64,000 nt of DNA from Sphaerodactylus townsendi (Eukaryota). The notes under the pieces were generated by a model. The model searched no databases. It had not been told where the DNA came from and saw only the letters and a list, made by a program, of their open reading frames with translations. Shown piece by piece: positions 25,303-36,946 of this stretch. The stretch lies in assembly GCF_021028975.2 (NCBI RefSeq), contig NC_059430.1:56048001-56112000 (forward strand). The letters run 5' to 3'. The position numbers and the translations under genes are program-made. Every line of letters starts with the position of its first letter. The first letter of the stretch is position 1.

Positions 25303-26877
25303 GCAGAAACATGGTACTTTCACTTCCACTGTAGAACAACTGACTGCACTTAGATATTTCTGTGGGACAGAGTATAGAATAATGTGTTTGATTCTAGCTG
25401 CTATTATGAAATACAATGTGAACATTTAAACACTGAACACTGAACCACGAAGATACTGTTCAGCCATTTCACTAGAGAAGAGGCTCTCTATATTTTCAAA
25501 AAAATCTATCCCAGACACTTATGGCCCAATCTGGGGGGGACGGGGATGACAGCTTCCGGAAATGCGTAACCTCACACTGCCCTCTCTGCTAGTGTAAAGG
25601 GCACCCCACCAGCAGAGGGAGCAAACACATTTCTATCTGGATGTCCCACAACTCTGTGGCCGTGAATCCCAATAGTGGGTGCCACTGTGGAATTACGGGG
25701 GGAAGTGGGAGGGCAAGCCAGAGCATTTCAAAGGGTGGTGCTGACTTTGGTGAACTTCTACCTGGGCTTCAGAGCTTCAAGCACCATGGCCAGGGCCTTG
25801 GAGTTATGCCGCTCCATTGAGCCCTAGAGAGCCGTACAGAGAGATTTCTGGGTGGCCAGGGTTTTCTTTGTGTTGGCTGCTCCCTATGCCACCTGGAGGT
25901 CCTCAGGCGGCGGTAAGACAGCAACGCTGTCCTTGGTCGCTGGAGCCCTTTAGATGGAGTTGCTCAAAAGATGAGATCTCCACAGAAGGTCTTCAAAAAA
26001 CCATCAAAACATAACAGTCAATGATGTTTACACTGCAAATACTGAGAGAAAATACATGGACTGAAGAAACAAATTGTACTGTATATTTTTTTAACGAAGA
26101 CAATACAACTTTTAAAAAATCTAACTGCAGAAATGAGGTAATTATAAAATCAAAACAACTATAATAAACCAAAAAGCACATCAAAGAATACTGTTCTAGC
26201 CATTCAAAAATATCCTCAAACTGAAATACAGCAATGGGGAACTTCATTCAGCAAATACCAATCATTTAACTAAGTGATTAATCCCACATATTCTCCAATA
26301 TGCTCATACAATTTTTACATAACAAAGAGATAGGCAGATGCATAATCACAGCCCTTAATCCAACTGCAGAATCTGGAGGTCAAAAAAGATCATGTGATTT
26401 TATGCACAGCTGGTGAGGTATAAGTCACTGCTTACAGAGAAATAAATAAATAAATCCTAATTGTTACTATTCTGATTATCTGACTTTGATTTGTTATGCC
26501 TAAATTACTCGCCTTTTAAAATTCAACGGGAAATTTTTTTCCCCATTGTCTCTATGGAATTGCAGATTCTTCTTTCAACATTAACCTGGTTTAAAAAATA
26601 TTCATTATAAATTTAAAATAGCTTGTTAAGTTATGTTATTTATAATCCGCCTTTCTGACTGAGACTCAAGTTGGATTGTATAATGTAAGTCTGTGCATTC
26701 AATAGATTGAGGGGGACATCTAATAAATAATGTAATAGAAGTAGGATAGCAGATAACTTGAAACAAAAAACAAGTATTAAACATGGTATGGTAAACAATG
26801 CAAGATATAACATTACATAAGGGAAACATCCAGTGTGGTGAGAGCAAGACAAAAAACAAACAGCAATGGACAATAAA

Positions 26878-27520
26878 TGTCATAAGCCAGCACCTGAATA
26901 CTTACCAGGAGACAGAGGACTCTGAGGCAGAACCTGAGGACACAGTGCAGCCAGAGTTGGCTGCTCCTGAGGAATACCAGGGAGCAGAGTCAACACCCAG
27001 CCCATTCCTGACTGATGACATATAGGTGGAGGAGCCTGCAGATCCTCCTAGGGAACCCAGAGGTGAGCCAGCTGTGCATAGGAGGCAGAAGCAGAGGCTG
27101 CTACTGCAGAAGCAAAGAAGGAGTGCTTGTTTGGCAGCAAGATATGGGAGATTAGAAGTCTCTGTATCTGATGAGGATTAACTCCTTGCAGAATCTCAGC
27201 CGCTTGAACAAGACTCCTTATATAAGCCTTGCTGTGAGCTTGCTGATGCATGGGTGCAACAAGTGTGTTACCTGTCGCCGCTGTGTGCCTGGTTCTTTTT
27301 TGATTCCCAGTCTGCTCCTCAGATCTCCTGTGTCTTGACTTATTGGACTGTTACCTGACTACACCTTGCCTGTTGCCTGCCTTGATCTATTGGACTGTGA
27401 CCTGACTACGCCTTGCCTGCCACCTGCTTTGATCCATGGGACTGTGACCTGACCATGCTTGTGCTTGCTGCTCGCTTGGCCCTATGGGATCAGACCCGGC
27501 CACGGCCCTGCTTTCTGACA
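26878..27520 (+). mobile_element. Probable solo LTR, Gypsy-like
   Basis: TGTCA..TGACA termini, TATA-like ttatataa near 27218, three tandem ggactgt(g/t)acctgac units at 27343-27455; no clean TSD. Confidence 0.55.
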
Positions 27521-27945
27521 GCACAATAAATATTATTAATATATTCCACAGCCCTGTTGAAATGTCTTCCTGAACCATTATTTTATAATGCAGTTCTATT
27601 CCTTTATAAGAATGCCATTCTGAACAGTTTCCATTTTACATAGGCGGCAGACAGGCAAAAATGTGTAAGCCTTACTGATCTCTTTAGGAAGGCAATTCCA
27701 CAGAGTGCGGTCCTCTACAAAGAATCATAGTGTACCTGCAATTGTCAACCTTGAGCATTTTCAGGGTGGAACCAGCAGAAGACCTTGTTCAAAAGAGCAA
27801 AGTTGTATTAGCAGATTTCCCCAAATTGTAAGATCACTTCAGAGCTTTTGAAGTAGATCTGCTTCAGAACTAGAGATGGGAATTCTTCTCCCATGCAAAA
27901 TTAAAATTTATCTCCTAGCTAGAGATTGGTCCTCCTTTGATACTA

Positions 27946-28182
27946 CCGTGTTTCCCCAAAAATAAGACAATGTCTTATATTAATTTTTGCTCCCAAAGAT
28001 GCACTATGTCTTATTTTCAGGGGATGTCTTATTTTTCCGCTCCACAGCTCTGGAGTTCTGTTCGACGGGCATGCTTCCAAACAAAAACATCTTACTTTTG
28101 GGGGATGCTTTATATTTAGCACTTCGGCAAAACCTCTACTACATCTTATTCTCAGGGGATGTCTTATTTTCGGGGAAACAGG
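27946..28182. mobile_element. Tigger/pogo-type mariner MITE
   Basis: TIRs ccgtgtttccccaaaaataagac / gtcttattttcggggaaacagg, TA at left flank, internal repeats of ggggatgtcttatt. Confidence 0.8.
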
Positions 28183-28599
28183 GCATCTCCCTCACTCTGC
28201 CACCGTCCTCTGTTCTACAAGCACAGTTCAAAAGACCAAATAGCTTTATATTTAGAACCTGAGCTAGGAATTCTCCCCCCGCCCCCCAGAAGTTTATTCC
28301 TCCTTTTGGCTAGAGTAGGGTCTTCCCCCTGGCAAAAAAAGAAACCCTCTTCCTCTACCAACACCACAAATCTAAACACATATCTAAACACTGAATAACT
28401 CTAAACCACCCAGTTCCAAGAATTTCCCCCAATAAGTCTGTCAGCAGTTCAGACTGAGTTCTAAACTTCACCCACTCCCAACATGTCACTCAAACACACA
28501 TGAGCTCTGTAAGGAATTAACCCTTCACATTCAGGTTTTTCCCTTTCTCTACATGCTTTTAGCTTTGAAGTAGAATTATTCGGAACAGAGTTTTTATGT

Positions 28600-29405
28600 G
28601 CAATTCCAGCTCTTGAAGTGTGCAATTAACACCTATGTTGACTGTCAAGAGCCTGGGTATGATTCTGAATTATTCCCTTTCTATGGAGGCACAGGTCACA
28701 CATGCAGCCAGGATGGCATTTTTCCATCTACAGCAGGCTAGGTACTCTACCTACCTCAACCCAACCTAGCCGTGGTGATCCATGAAACAGTCACCTCCAA
28801 TTAGACTTCAGTTGGTCCAAAATGCAGCTGCATGGGTCTTACGAGAAAAATGTACAGACTGCATATCCAGCTGCTGTCAGTTGCATTGGCTCCAGGTGGA
28901 GTACCAAATCAGATTCAAGGTTTCGGTTTAACTTTTAAAACCATAAATGGTCTAAAACCTTCACACCTCCAAGACTGCCTTTTCCAACATGTCCCCTGGA
29001 GAGCATTGTTTTCAGCAAATAATAACCTACTGATGATCTCTGGCCTGAAAACTATTCGGTTGTCTTCAACAAGAGCCAGAGCCTTTTTGGCTCTGGCACC
29101 AGCTGGTGAAAGGTCTACCTAATGAGATCATGGCCTTGTGGAATGTATCTGAGTTCCACAGGGCCTGTAAGACAAAGAAGTTCTACCAGGTCTATGGTTG
29201 ATGGCAGCAATAGTATTCATCTTGGTTGACCTTCCTTTTTCCTTTTTTCCCTTGCTATAAGTTTTTTCGCTAGTAACATAAGATTAGATTTATATGCAGT
29301 CATTTTACTATATATTAGTAAATGTATAGTTGTTTTATTATATGACATGAACCACCTTGAGCCTGTCTTGACAAGGGAGGATGCCCTACAAATTTAATAA
29401 ATAAC
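28600..29405 (+). mobile_element. Decayed L2 LINE 3' fragment
   Basis: Degenerate L2 ORF2 C-terminal motifs (LQLVQNAAA, QLHWL, RAF..LAP) and an AT-rich 3' tail. Confidence 0.65.
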
Positions 29406-29669
29406 AACAAAAACAATAATATTTTCCGTAGGTCTGTCACACTTGGCAAGAAAGGGGTGGGGTAAGGCTACTGTAATTTTTATTAAATGTAAGGAAAACC
29501 TGTGCATGTGGGCTCCTGAGTATCAAACCAAAGAAATTCCACTTAGGAAATGTACGCTTAAAAGGTGGCATATTAAAACTAACTATAGTCCAACATTACC
29601 AAAGATTTTTCCATGGAGTGCTACAATTCTTGCACTGACTGGAGATTTGAAAGCTAGCCTTTAACTGCT

Positions 29670-29795
29670 TTTTGCCATCAAGGCAGAGCTGACTTATGGT
29701 GACGCTTGTAGGGTTTTCAAAGCTAGAGTGGTTTGCAATTGCCTGCCTCTGAGTCATGACCCTGGTATTCCTTGGAGGTCTCCCATCCAAATACC
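29670..29795 (-). mobile_element. 5S rRNA-derived SINE fragment; related copies near 38630-38790 (+) and 47245-47425 (-)
   Basis: Minus strand gtatttggatgggagacctccaaggaataccaggg matches the 5S rRNA 3' half, followed by a non-5S tail ggcaggcaa..gcaaaccac. Confidence 0.65.
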
Positions 29796-31396
29796 TACAG
29801 GATACAGAAACTTCTTCACTCTTCATGGGAGAAGAGGCAGAAGTATGGTGTTAAGTCTTCTAGCTTTTTAGAAGAATTATAGTAATACAAATATCTCAAG
29901 AGAAGAAAAGTTCAAATTTATTACAGCCAACACTAACTTCCTCCTTCCCATCCATCAGACCATTACAATGCCATAAACCTTCTAAAAAGCTAGAAGACCT
30001 TCTCCCATCTTCCAACAAATAATCAGTATTTGTCCTTAACTCCCACTCCAAATGGCTAGCTTTTAGGAAGTCTAAATCTGCATGGATGCTGTGTTTAGTA
30101 GAAATGATATAGAACAGGGCAAAACTATACATTATATCCACTTTGGGACCACCACAGCATAGGACCACTGCTTGTAGCAGAATGTGAGCTATGTGGTCCC
30201 AATGTGAACTCAATTTAGATCTGGACTACAGTACAGGAAAAGGTGGGCCTCCTGCCTCCCTGTGTCATAGCCCTGGTCTAAAATGGCTGGGGGGAATTAT
30301 TTGCTCTGTGGAATGGCTGCATTCAGTGCCCATGAAGCCAACCCAATGTGCCAAATAATACTCTCAGGGCCATTCTCAGTTGGGAAAAGGGTACTGAGCA
30401 GGAAGGCAGGTGCCCCGCTCCCACTGAATCCAACCTAAACATACAATCCTACTGGGCTTTTGAACTAAGCACTCATGGGACACTCACAGCTGTCATAATA
30501 TTGCATAATGTTAGCAATCATGTGCTAAATGTGACATTTAGTTTGGCCAGATTGATCAAGTAAATGAGCTAGAAATAAGAGAGACTATGTATGCATTGCA
30601 AGAACTTTGACATATCACTAACAATAATCCTAAACACAGTTACACACTTCTAAATCCACTGGGTTCAATGGTCTTTATGAGGGTATAATTCTGTTTAGGA
30701 CTGCACCATAACTCTCAGCTTTCCTCTGCCATTCCAATCAGTAGCATGTTGCAAACACTATTGACTTGCTTTACATAGTTGCATTAAGATGATGTATATG
30801 AAACACTTTTGACATTTATTTTATTATCATGTGACGAGAAAGTGATAGTCTTAATTCCAAATGTATGGAATTAAACTACGGTACTTAATAGTAAGGGAAA
30901 TGCATTCTGCATGTGCAATACTACTAACTCATGTCTTCTAAAACTGAGTTCTGGCATTAAGACTATCAAATTCAAAGATTCTAGGACTGTGCCCTTTTGA
31001 GCCTACATCAAGTGAAGTGCCCAGGCAAATTCTGTTACAGCCTCTTAACAACAATCATATGTTTCTAATGCAAACATACTGATTATTTTTGATAAAATAA
31101 AATCATTAATCAGGAGTTTATATTTATGCTTTTTTATTTTTCACATACATCTTGATAAGCATTATGTTTCTGGCAAACAAGAAAATCAAGAACATGGCAT
31201 CTTTCCTCCAAAACCTTGAGAATTCTTGCCACTGTTACACTTTTTCCACAATATGTTTGCGCAAAGTTTAATTGCATTATTTTCACTGAGGTGACTATAA
31301 AAGAAATAAACATTAACAATTTAAGATACTGTCTCGGACATAAGCTTAAGATGCCCCTACGAGAAAAAAATACCATCTGTTCAGTCAAAAATATAG

Positions 31397-31642
31397 TATT
31401 TGGATTTATACCCTGCTTTTATCGGCCACAAAGCAGCTTACAAACTCCTTCCATTTCTCTCCCCACCAGAGTTCAAAAACAACTATGACTAGCCCAAGGT
31501 CACCCAGAAGGCTTCATGTACTTTTTGGGGTGGGGGTGGGGAAGGGAAATCCGATTCAGCAAATTACTCATGTGGAGGAGTGGGGAATCAGACACAGTTC
31601 TCCAGATTAGAGTCCACCTGCTTTTAACCACAACACCGCACT
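31397..31642 (-). mobile_element. tRNA-derived squamate SINE
   Basis: Minus strand begins with a tRNA-like head (gtggttaa..gactctaatctggagaac..gattcccc), then a gggtgaccttgggctagtc core and an L2-like tail. Confidence 0.65.
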
Positions 31643-33415
31643 AATCCAGAAAATCCAGGGGGAAAAAGCTGAACACCTTGATTATTTGGCACACCTTTTA
31701 ATAACAGATTCCCCTCCCACCATAAGTAAACACTGTGTGTGACAATTAAGATCATACAGATCTTGCCCTCTACAGTATTTACTATATTCTTCAAACTACT
31801 GAATTTATGGGGAGAGGCAGTGTTTTATATTTTGATGACTAAAATTAACCAATCTTTCAAAAGTCAGCTCTTATAGTTTTCCAGATTCTCTCTCTACACG
31901 AGTATTGTCTATATGGATGAAAATCTCTTAACCCCATTAAAGGTATCCTTTCTGGAAATTGAGGTAGCCTTTCTGGAAAGTGAGCCATCACTTGCCTTCA
32001 AGATATTAAAAACATTGGAGTGAATCTTTGGAGGGAAAGAGAAGATTGTTTTAAAACTGTAGCATTCTCAAATGTTGTGAACATTATGTGAAGGAATCAC
32101 TGAAAAGTAGCAAATCTTTTCCCACTGGCTGTCCATGGAGGAAGCAGAGTGTACCCAGTGAGCATCATCAATACCATTCTTCCTGACATTAAAAATTTGA
32201 ACAGTATCTTGGGGGTAAAAAGAAACTGCATTTTCCCTCCAAGAAGTAAAGTTAATAGCTGCTAGGAACAATAATTTACACAAAAGCTACTATTCAACTG
32301 GGCAAAAACTGCAATTCAACACAACCCATTCAATGAAATGTGTTCTACTAGGGGTGTGTCCGGGATCGGGGAGCCCCCCCTCCCCGGACTTACCGCCGCC
32401 ACCGCCACGCTCTCCTCCTCCCTGGCCGCCGGCAGGAGAGGCCGGGAACTCCCCGGCACGCCGGGCGGCAGGGAGGCTCTTTGCCGACGCTTCGGCGGGC
32501 TCCTTCCCGCCCGCAACGGAACGCCTCCCCGGCACCGGGCTGGAGCCGGAGGGGGAGGCGGGGACCGGGGACAGGCAGGCGGGCCCTCCCCGGCGATGAG
32601 GGAGCCACACACCCCAGAGCATCAGCGGGGAGTGCCATGGCCCGGGAGACTCCGCCCACCCGGCAGCTCCCCAGGCGTGGGAGCCCAGGGATGGCTTCGG
32701 GCGGCTTGGCTGGCGGGCCGAGGCAGTGGCAGGCTTACTGCCCCGCCCAGACTTCCCCGGGCTGCACCGGCTTCAGCAGCCCGACCAAGCTGGCGGCCCG
32801 ATGGCGGCCCCACGCCTGCCCAGTCTCTCCCTGGCTGCTGCAGGTATTCCAGAGGCTAGGAGGAGTCAAGGTGGAGAAGGCGGGACTGGAAGGAGGGAGG
32901 GGTTTTCAGGGTCCAGGTGGTGGCTGCAGCTTGGCGGGCTATAAAAAAAAGGAGGAAAAAGGGAGAGGAAAGCACCTGGAGGTCTGCTGGGGTGGAAGAG
33001 GCAGGAGGAAGAGGTGTGTAGTGCAGGAGAGACTACAGGAAACAGAAAGGAGAGAGGGGAGAGTCCAAAGAGGGAGAGAAGCAGGGAAAGAGAGTGGAAG
33101 GCAAGGAGGGGAGAAGGGCCCGGAGACAGTTGGGAGTCCTGTGAAGAGAACAGGCACCCGGGCAGGACAGCAGGGGACGAGGGAAGTGACTGGGAGTCCT
33201 GTGAAGTAAACAGCAGGCTCTCCCCTAATGGTGGGAGAAAGGAGGGCCGGGGCCAGAAGCCAAGCCCTGGGAGGGGAGTGTAGACAACCCCCCCCCCCAT
33301 ATTGATCACCCCCTCTTTGACCAGGGGTGAGGCCGGGAATATTAACCCCGGGAAGGGATTGGAGGGACGGCATCAGGGTCCCCTGGCTGGACTCTGGAGG
33401 GGGACCCTGACAAAG

Positions 33416-33433
33416 TGGTGGAGAATACGGGCA
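33416..33433 (+). promoter_or_regulatory. Primer-binding site complementary to tRNA-Ala
   Basis: TGGTGGAGAATaCGGGCA, 3 nt after the 5' LTR, matches 17/18 of the reverse complement of the recalled vertebrate tRNA-Ala(AGC) 3' end (TGGTGGAGAATGCGGGCA). Confidence 0.85.
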
Positions 33434-33565
33434 GTGACTCTCGTTTAGGGGAGTCCCGTCCCACACCCCGCATACCCAGGCCGGCTGGTTGGCAGCCTCC
33501 TGCTGAGCGTCGGGCACCCAGCCCGGGCAGGTTTAGAGCAGGCAGCGGCCGATCACGGCCCCACC

Positions 33566-34090
33566 TTGGTTCAGCCGGAGATGGAGGGAATGGATCTTAC
33601 CCAGTTTGGGCAATGGCGGGCCGAGCATCAGGCCAAGCTCACAAGAGACATGGCCCAGTTACAACAGGAGATGCAAGTCTCCTTACTGAAGGAGGTGATG
33701 TTGAGGCAAGACGCCCAAAATGCCGCCCTGCAGGACCTTACGAAGAAACTGGGCTCCATGGGGGGAGCTTCGGGAGTACGGGCAGGGTGTTTGCCATGGG
33801 TTCCTCTGACCAAACTTTCTGCCGAGGACGACATAGATAGCTTTGTGGAGGCGTTTGAGCGGACGGCCGAGGCGGCCGGCTGGGACAAGGCTCAGTGGGC
33901 CCTTATCCTGACGCCCTACCTGACCGGGCCTGCGCAAGCGGCTGTTAGGGCCTTGCCCCAGGAGGAAGTGGGAGACTATGGGAAAGTCAAAGAGGCCATA
34001 TTGGCCAGGTATAATATCTCGTCAGAGACCTACCGCCAGCGGTTTCGTGCCCTGTCATTTAAGAGGGGGGACCAGCCTCATAGCGTGGCC
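33566..34090 (+). pseudogene. Truncated gag (coiled-coil leader, capsid N-terminal part, start of SCAN-like domain)
   Basis: Open frame up to the 3' LTR junction; ends SSETYRQRFRALSFKRGDQPHSVA, similar to the SCAN start E..RQRFR. Confidence 0.8.
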
Positions 34091-35659
34091 TGTCCGGGAT
34101 CGGGGAGCCCCCCCTCCCCGGACTTACCGCCGCCGCCATGCTCTCCTCCTCCCCGGCCGCCGGCAGGAGAGGCCGGGAACTCCCCGGCACGCCGGGGCGG
34201 CTCTTCACCGACGCTTCGGCGGGCTCCTTCCCGCCCGCAACGGAACGCCTCCCCGGCACCGGGCTGGAGCCGGAGGGGGAGGCGGGGACCGGGGACAGGC
34301 AGGCGGGCCCTCCCCGGCGATGAGGGAGCCACACACCCCAGAGCATCGGGGTCGCCGCGGCGGAACCCGCCCACCGGCCGCTCCCCAGGCGGGAGCCCAG
34401 GATGGCTTCGGCGGCTTGGCTGGCGGGCGGCGGTGGCAGCGCCGCCCACCCAGACTTCCCCAGGTTGCCGGCTTCAGCAGCCCAACCAGCTGGCGGCGAT
34501 GGCGGCGCCACGTCCCGGTCTCTCCCTGGCTGCCGGGTCAGGCCAGGAGGTCAGGTGGGAGGCAGGGCTGGAAGGAGGAGGGGTTTTCAGGTCAGGTGGG
34601 CGGCAGCCGGGCTATAAAGGAGGAAGAAGGGAGGCACCTGGAGGTCTGCTGGGGTGGAAGGCAGGAGGAAGGGTGTGGTGCAGGAGACTGGGAAACAGAA
34701 GGAGAGAGGAGAGTCCAAGAGGGGGGGAACAGGGAAAGAGAGTGGAAGGCAAGGAGGGGAGAAGGGCCCGGAGACAGTTGGGAGTCCTGTGAAGAGAACA
34801 GGCACCCAGGCAGGACAGCAGGGAACAAGGGAAGCGACTGGGAGTCCTGTGAAGTAAACAGGCTCCCTGGTGGGAAGGAGGGCCAGGGCCAAGCCAGCCC
34901 TGAGGGAGTGTAGACAACCCCCCCCCATATTGACCCCCCCCTTCGACCAGGGGCGAGGCCGGGAATATTAACCCCGGGAAGGGATTGGAGGGACGGCATC
35001 AGGGTCCCCTGGCTGGACTCTGGAGGGGGACCCTGACAGGGTGCCTATTAATTTCTAAATAAATGTGTACCTGACCAATGTGTAAGTCACACTAGACCCC
35101 AACCTGTTCAGCATCAAACTAGCAGATAAATAACCCCACAATACAGATGAGTGCTTTTGAATTCCAGGTCTTGAACCATTTCCCCTAGCAGGCAGACAAT
35201 TGCAATCTGCAGAGCACCCAATCTATAAAGTAGCCCTGGGGTGCCATAAATTGTGCAACTGCCTGCTTCTGCGATTCAGAGGATTCACCAACAGTGAGTG
35301 AGTGATGGCGTTTAACAGAAACACGTGTGTCAGTTTGGTACTTCCCAAAAGGGAAGAGTTTCAGGATCAGTCAGGTGAAGCTGCAGAAAACAAGGATGTC
35401 ACTACCCCAGCGCGGGTAAGCACAAGTCATTCGGAATCCTTCATTCATGGGGAGAATTAAGTAAATAAGGCACAGATGAAGCGAATGCCCAAGTTGATCT
35501 TTCCCCATATCTATACATAGAGACAACATACCCTGTACTTGGAGCGTAAAGACCGGGAGTGGGGGTGGGGAGGGAGAAGGCTTGACAGAAAGGAACCCTC
35601 ACCAAGGAGTCTTCATCCCAGTACAGGACTTCATCCTCGTTTCCCAGAACACAACAAAA

Positions 35660-36070
35660 CACAATCTCCGTCGCGTTCCCTCCCCAGCAATCTTCCCTGC
35701 GCCTCCGGGCCAACCTCCACCCCCGCCCCGAGAAGGGAGTGCCAAGGGCGGAGGTGGCCATAGCCGCCACCGCCTTCCTCCCCACTCCCCCTTCCGAGTT
35801 CCTCTCTTCCTTCCCTAACGAAACACCAAAGAGAGGCCGGAAAACAACCGGGGCCTCACCTCAGGATGCAGGATCGGCACACAGCCCGCTTCCTTCTCAT
35901 ACTCATCCAGAGGCGCCGCCATCTTGGAGCGAACGCGCCACCCGTGGCATGCTGGGTAACGCGCTCCTTCGCGACCTCTTGCTACGCGGGGAGGGGGGGG
36001 GAGGGGGCGGGATCGGAGGGACGACCCGAGTTAGTCCGCGTTAGCAAGGCGTGGAAAAGGAAGGCTGTTG
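35660..36070 (-). promoter_or_regulatory. ZDHHC17: ZDHHC17 CpG-island promoter and exon 1 region
   Basis: CpG-rich stretch; GC box GGGGCGGG near 36004-36011; YY1-type GCCGCCATCTT overlapping the start codon. TSS position is not determined. Confidence 0.75.
35860..35922 (-). CDS. ZDHHC17: ZDHHC17 (HIP14) coding exon 1, MAAPLDEYEKEAGCVPILHPE
   Basis: Translation matches the recalled human segment MADGPDEYDTEAGCVPLLHPE; strong Kozak context aagATGG; donor GAG|gtgagg; lies in a CpG island. Confidence 0.93.
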
Positions 36071-36892
36071 TACGCCGGTGAAGTTCAATTCTTTGCCTGT
36101 CTTGGGACGATGAACTGTTATTCCACCTGCCCAGAGGCGTATGGGGTCCATATGGCGCCCAGAGACAAAAAAATCCTCCGGGCGCCCCCCCACCCCAATG
36201 CAGCATAGCGTGGAGTGGTGCCCCACGAGCCGCGGAGCCCCACCCCCACTTACCAGAGCCGGCGGAGGATTCTCTCCGCTGGGCAGGGAAGAGAAGCCAT
36301 CTGAACTACAGCCAGCTCCTCTTCTCTGCCCAGCAGCACTGGACCAGCGATGCAAGAGGGGCGGGAAGGGAAGCCGGCTGGCTTTTCCCGTCCCTTACAC
36401 CCACGAGTTCTCACACCGCCAGTGCAGGGATGGCAAGAGAAGCTGGCAGGCTCCCCATCCCTGCACTGGCAGCTTGAGATGGGTGGGAAGGGAAGCGGGC
36501 TGGCTTCGCCGCTTCCCTTCCCTCTGAACAGGCAGCCTGCTCGGAGAAGGGAAGCGGGTGGAGGGGCGCCTTCGCCACTTCCCCTCCCTTTGAGCCGGTA
36601 GCCTGCTCGGAGAAGAAAAGCAGCGGGCAGAGGTGTACTACTAATGGGAACATGGGGTAACCCATGGCCCCAGGCAACCCTCACGTGACCAAACACTAGA
36701 CCTGCCCTTTTTGCAGGGAGTCAAAAGGGGTTTGCATGGTGCAGTCTTGCTGCTGATGGTACGGTAGCAGCAGATCCCAGTGGACTGATTTTGTTTACAC
36801 ACGCACATATGCATGTTTGTAGTTATGTATTTTCGAATCGTACAATCGCTTCCAATGTCAACCAAGTTACACTTCCCTCATTCCAAAAGGCT

Positions 36893-36946
36893 ATGGATGG
36901 ATGGATGGATGGATGGATGGATGGATGGATGGATGGATGGATGGAT
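36893..36946. repeat. (ATGG)n microsatellite
   Basis: About 13 perfect units. Confidence 0.98.

Larger units (their letters stand above)
32357..35038 (+). mobile_element. Gmr1-like Gypsy LTR retrotransposon, internally deleted: 5' LTR 32357-33412, PBS, partial gag, 3' LTR 34091-35038
   Basis: Direct repeats TGTCC..TGACA, perfect 5-bp TSD GGGTG (32352-32356, 35039-35043); gag segment LTKLSAEDDIDSFVEAFERTAEAAGW..LTGPAQAA..DYGKVKEAILARYNISSETYRQRFR typical of SCAN-related capsids. Confidence 0.92.

Noticed and set aside
27343-27455. Spaced direct repeats resembling a CRISPR array
   Set aside because: Vertebrate DNA, degenerate tandem units within a probable LTR, no unique spacers and no cas genes.
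29760-29795. 5S rRNA gene
   Set aside because: Partial, diverged and fused to a SINE tail; not a functional rRNA gene.
32290-33517. Many overlapping Pro/Gly/Arg-rich ORFs
   Set aside because: Products of high GC content in the LTR; no recognisable domains.
33566-34792. 408-aa ORF as a novel domesticated gag/SCAN gene
   Set aside because: Only the first 175 codons are gag; the rest is read-through into a GC-rich, stop-poor and probably error-containing LTR.
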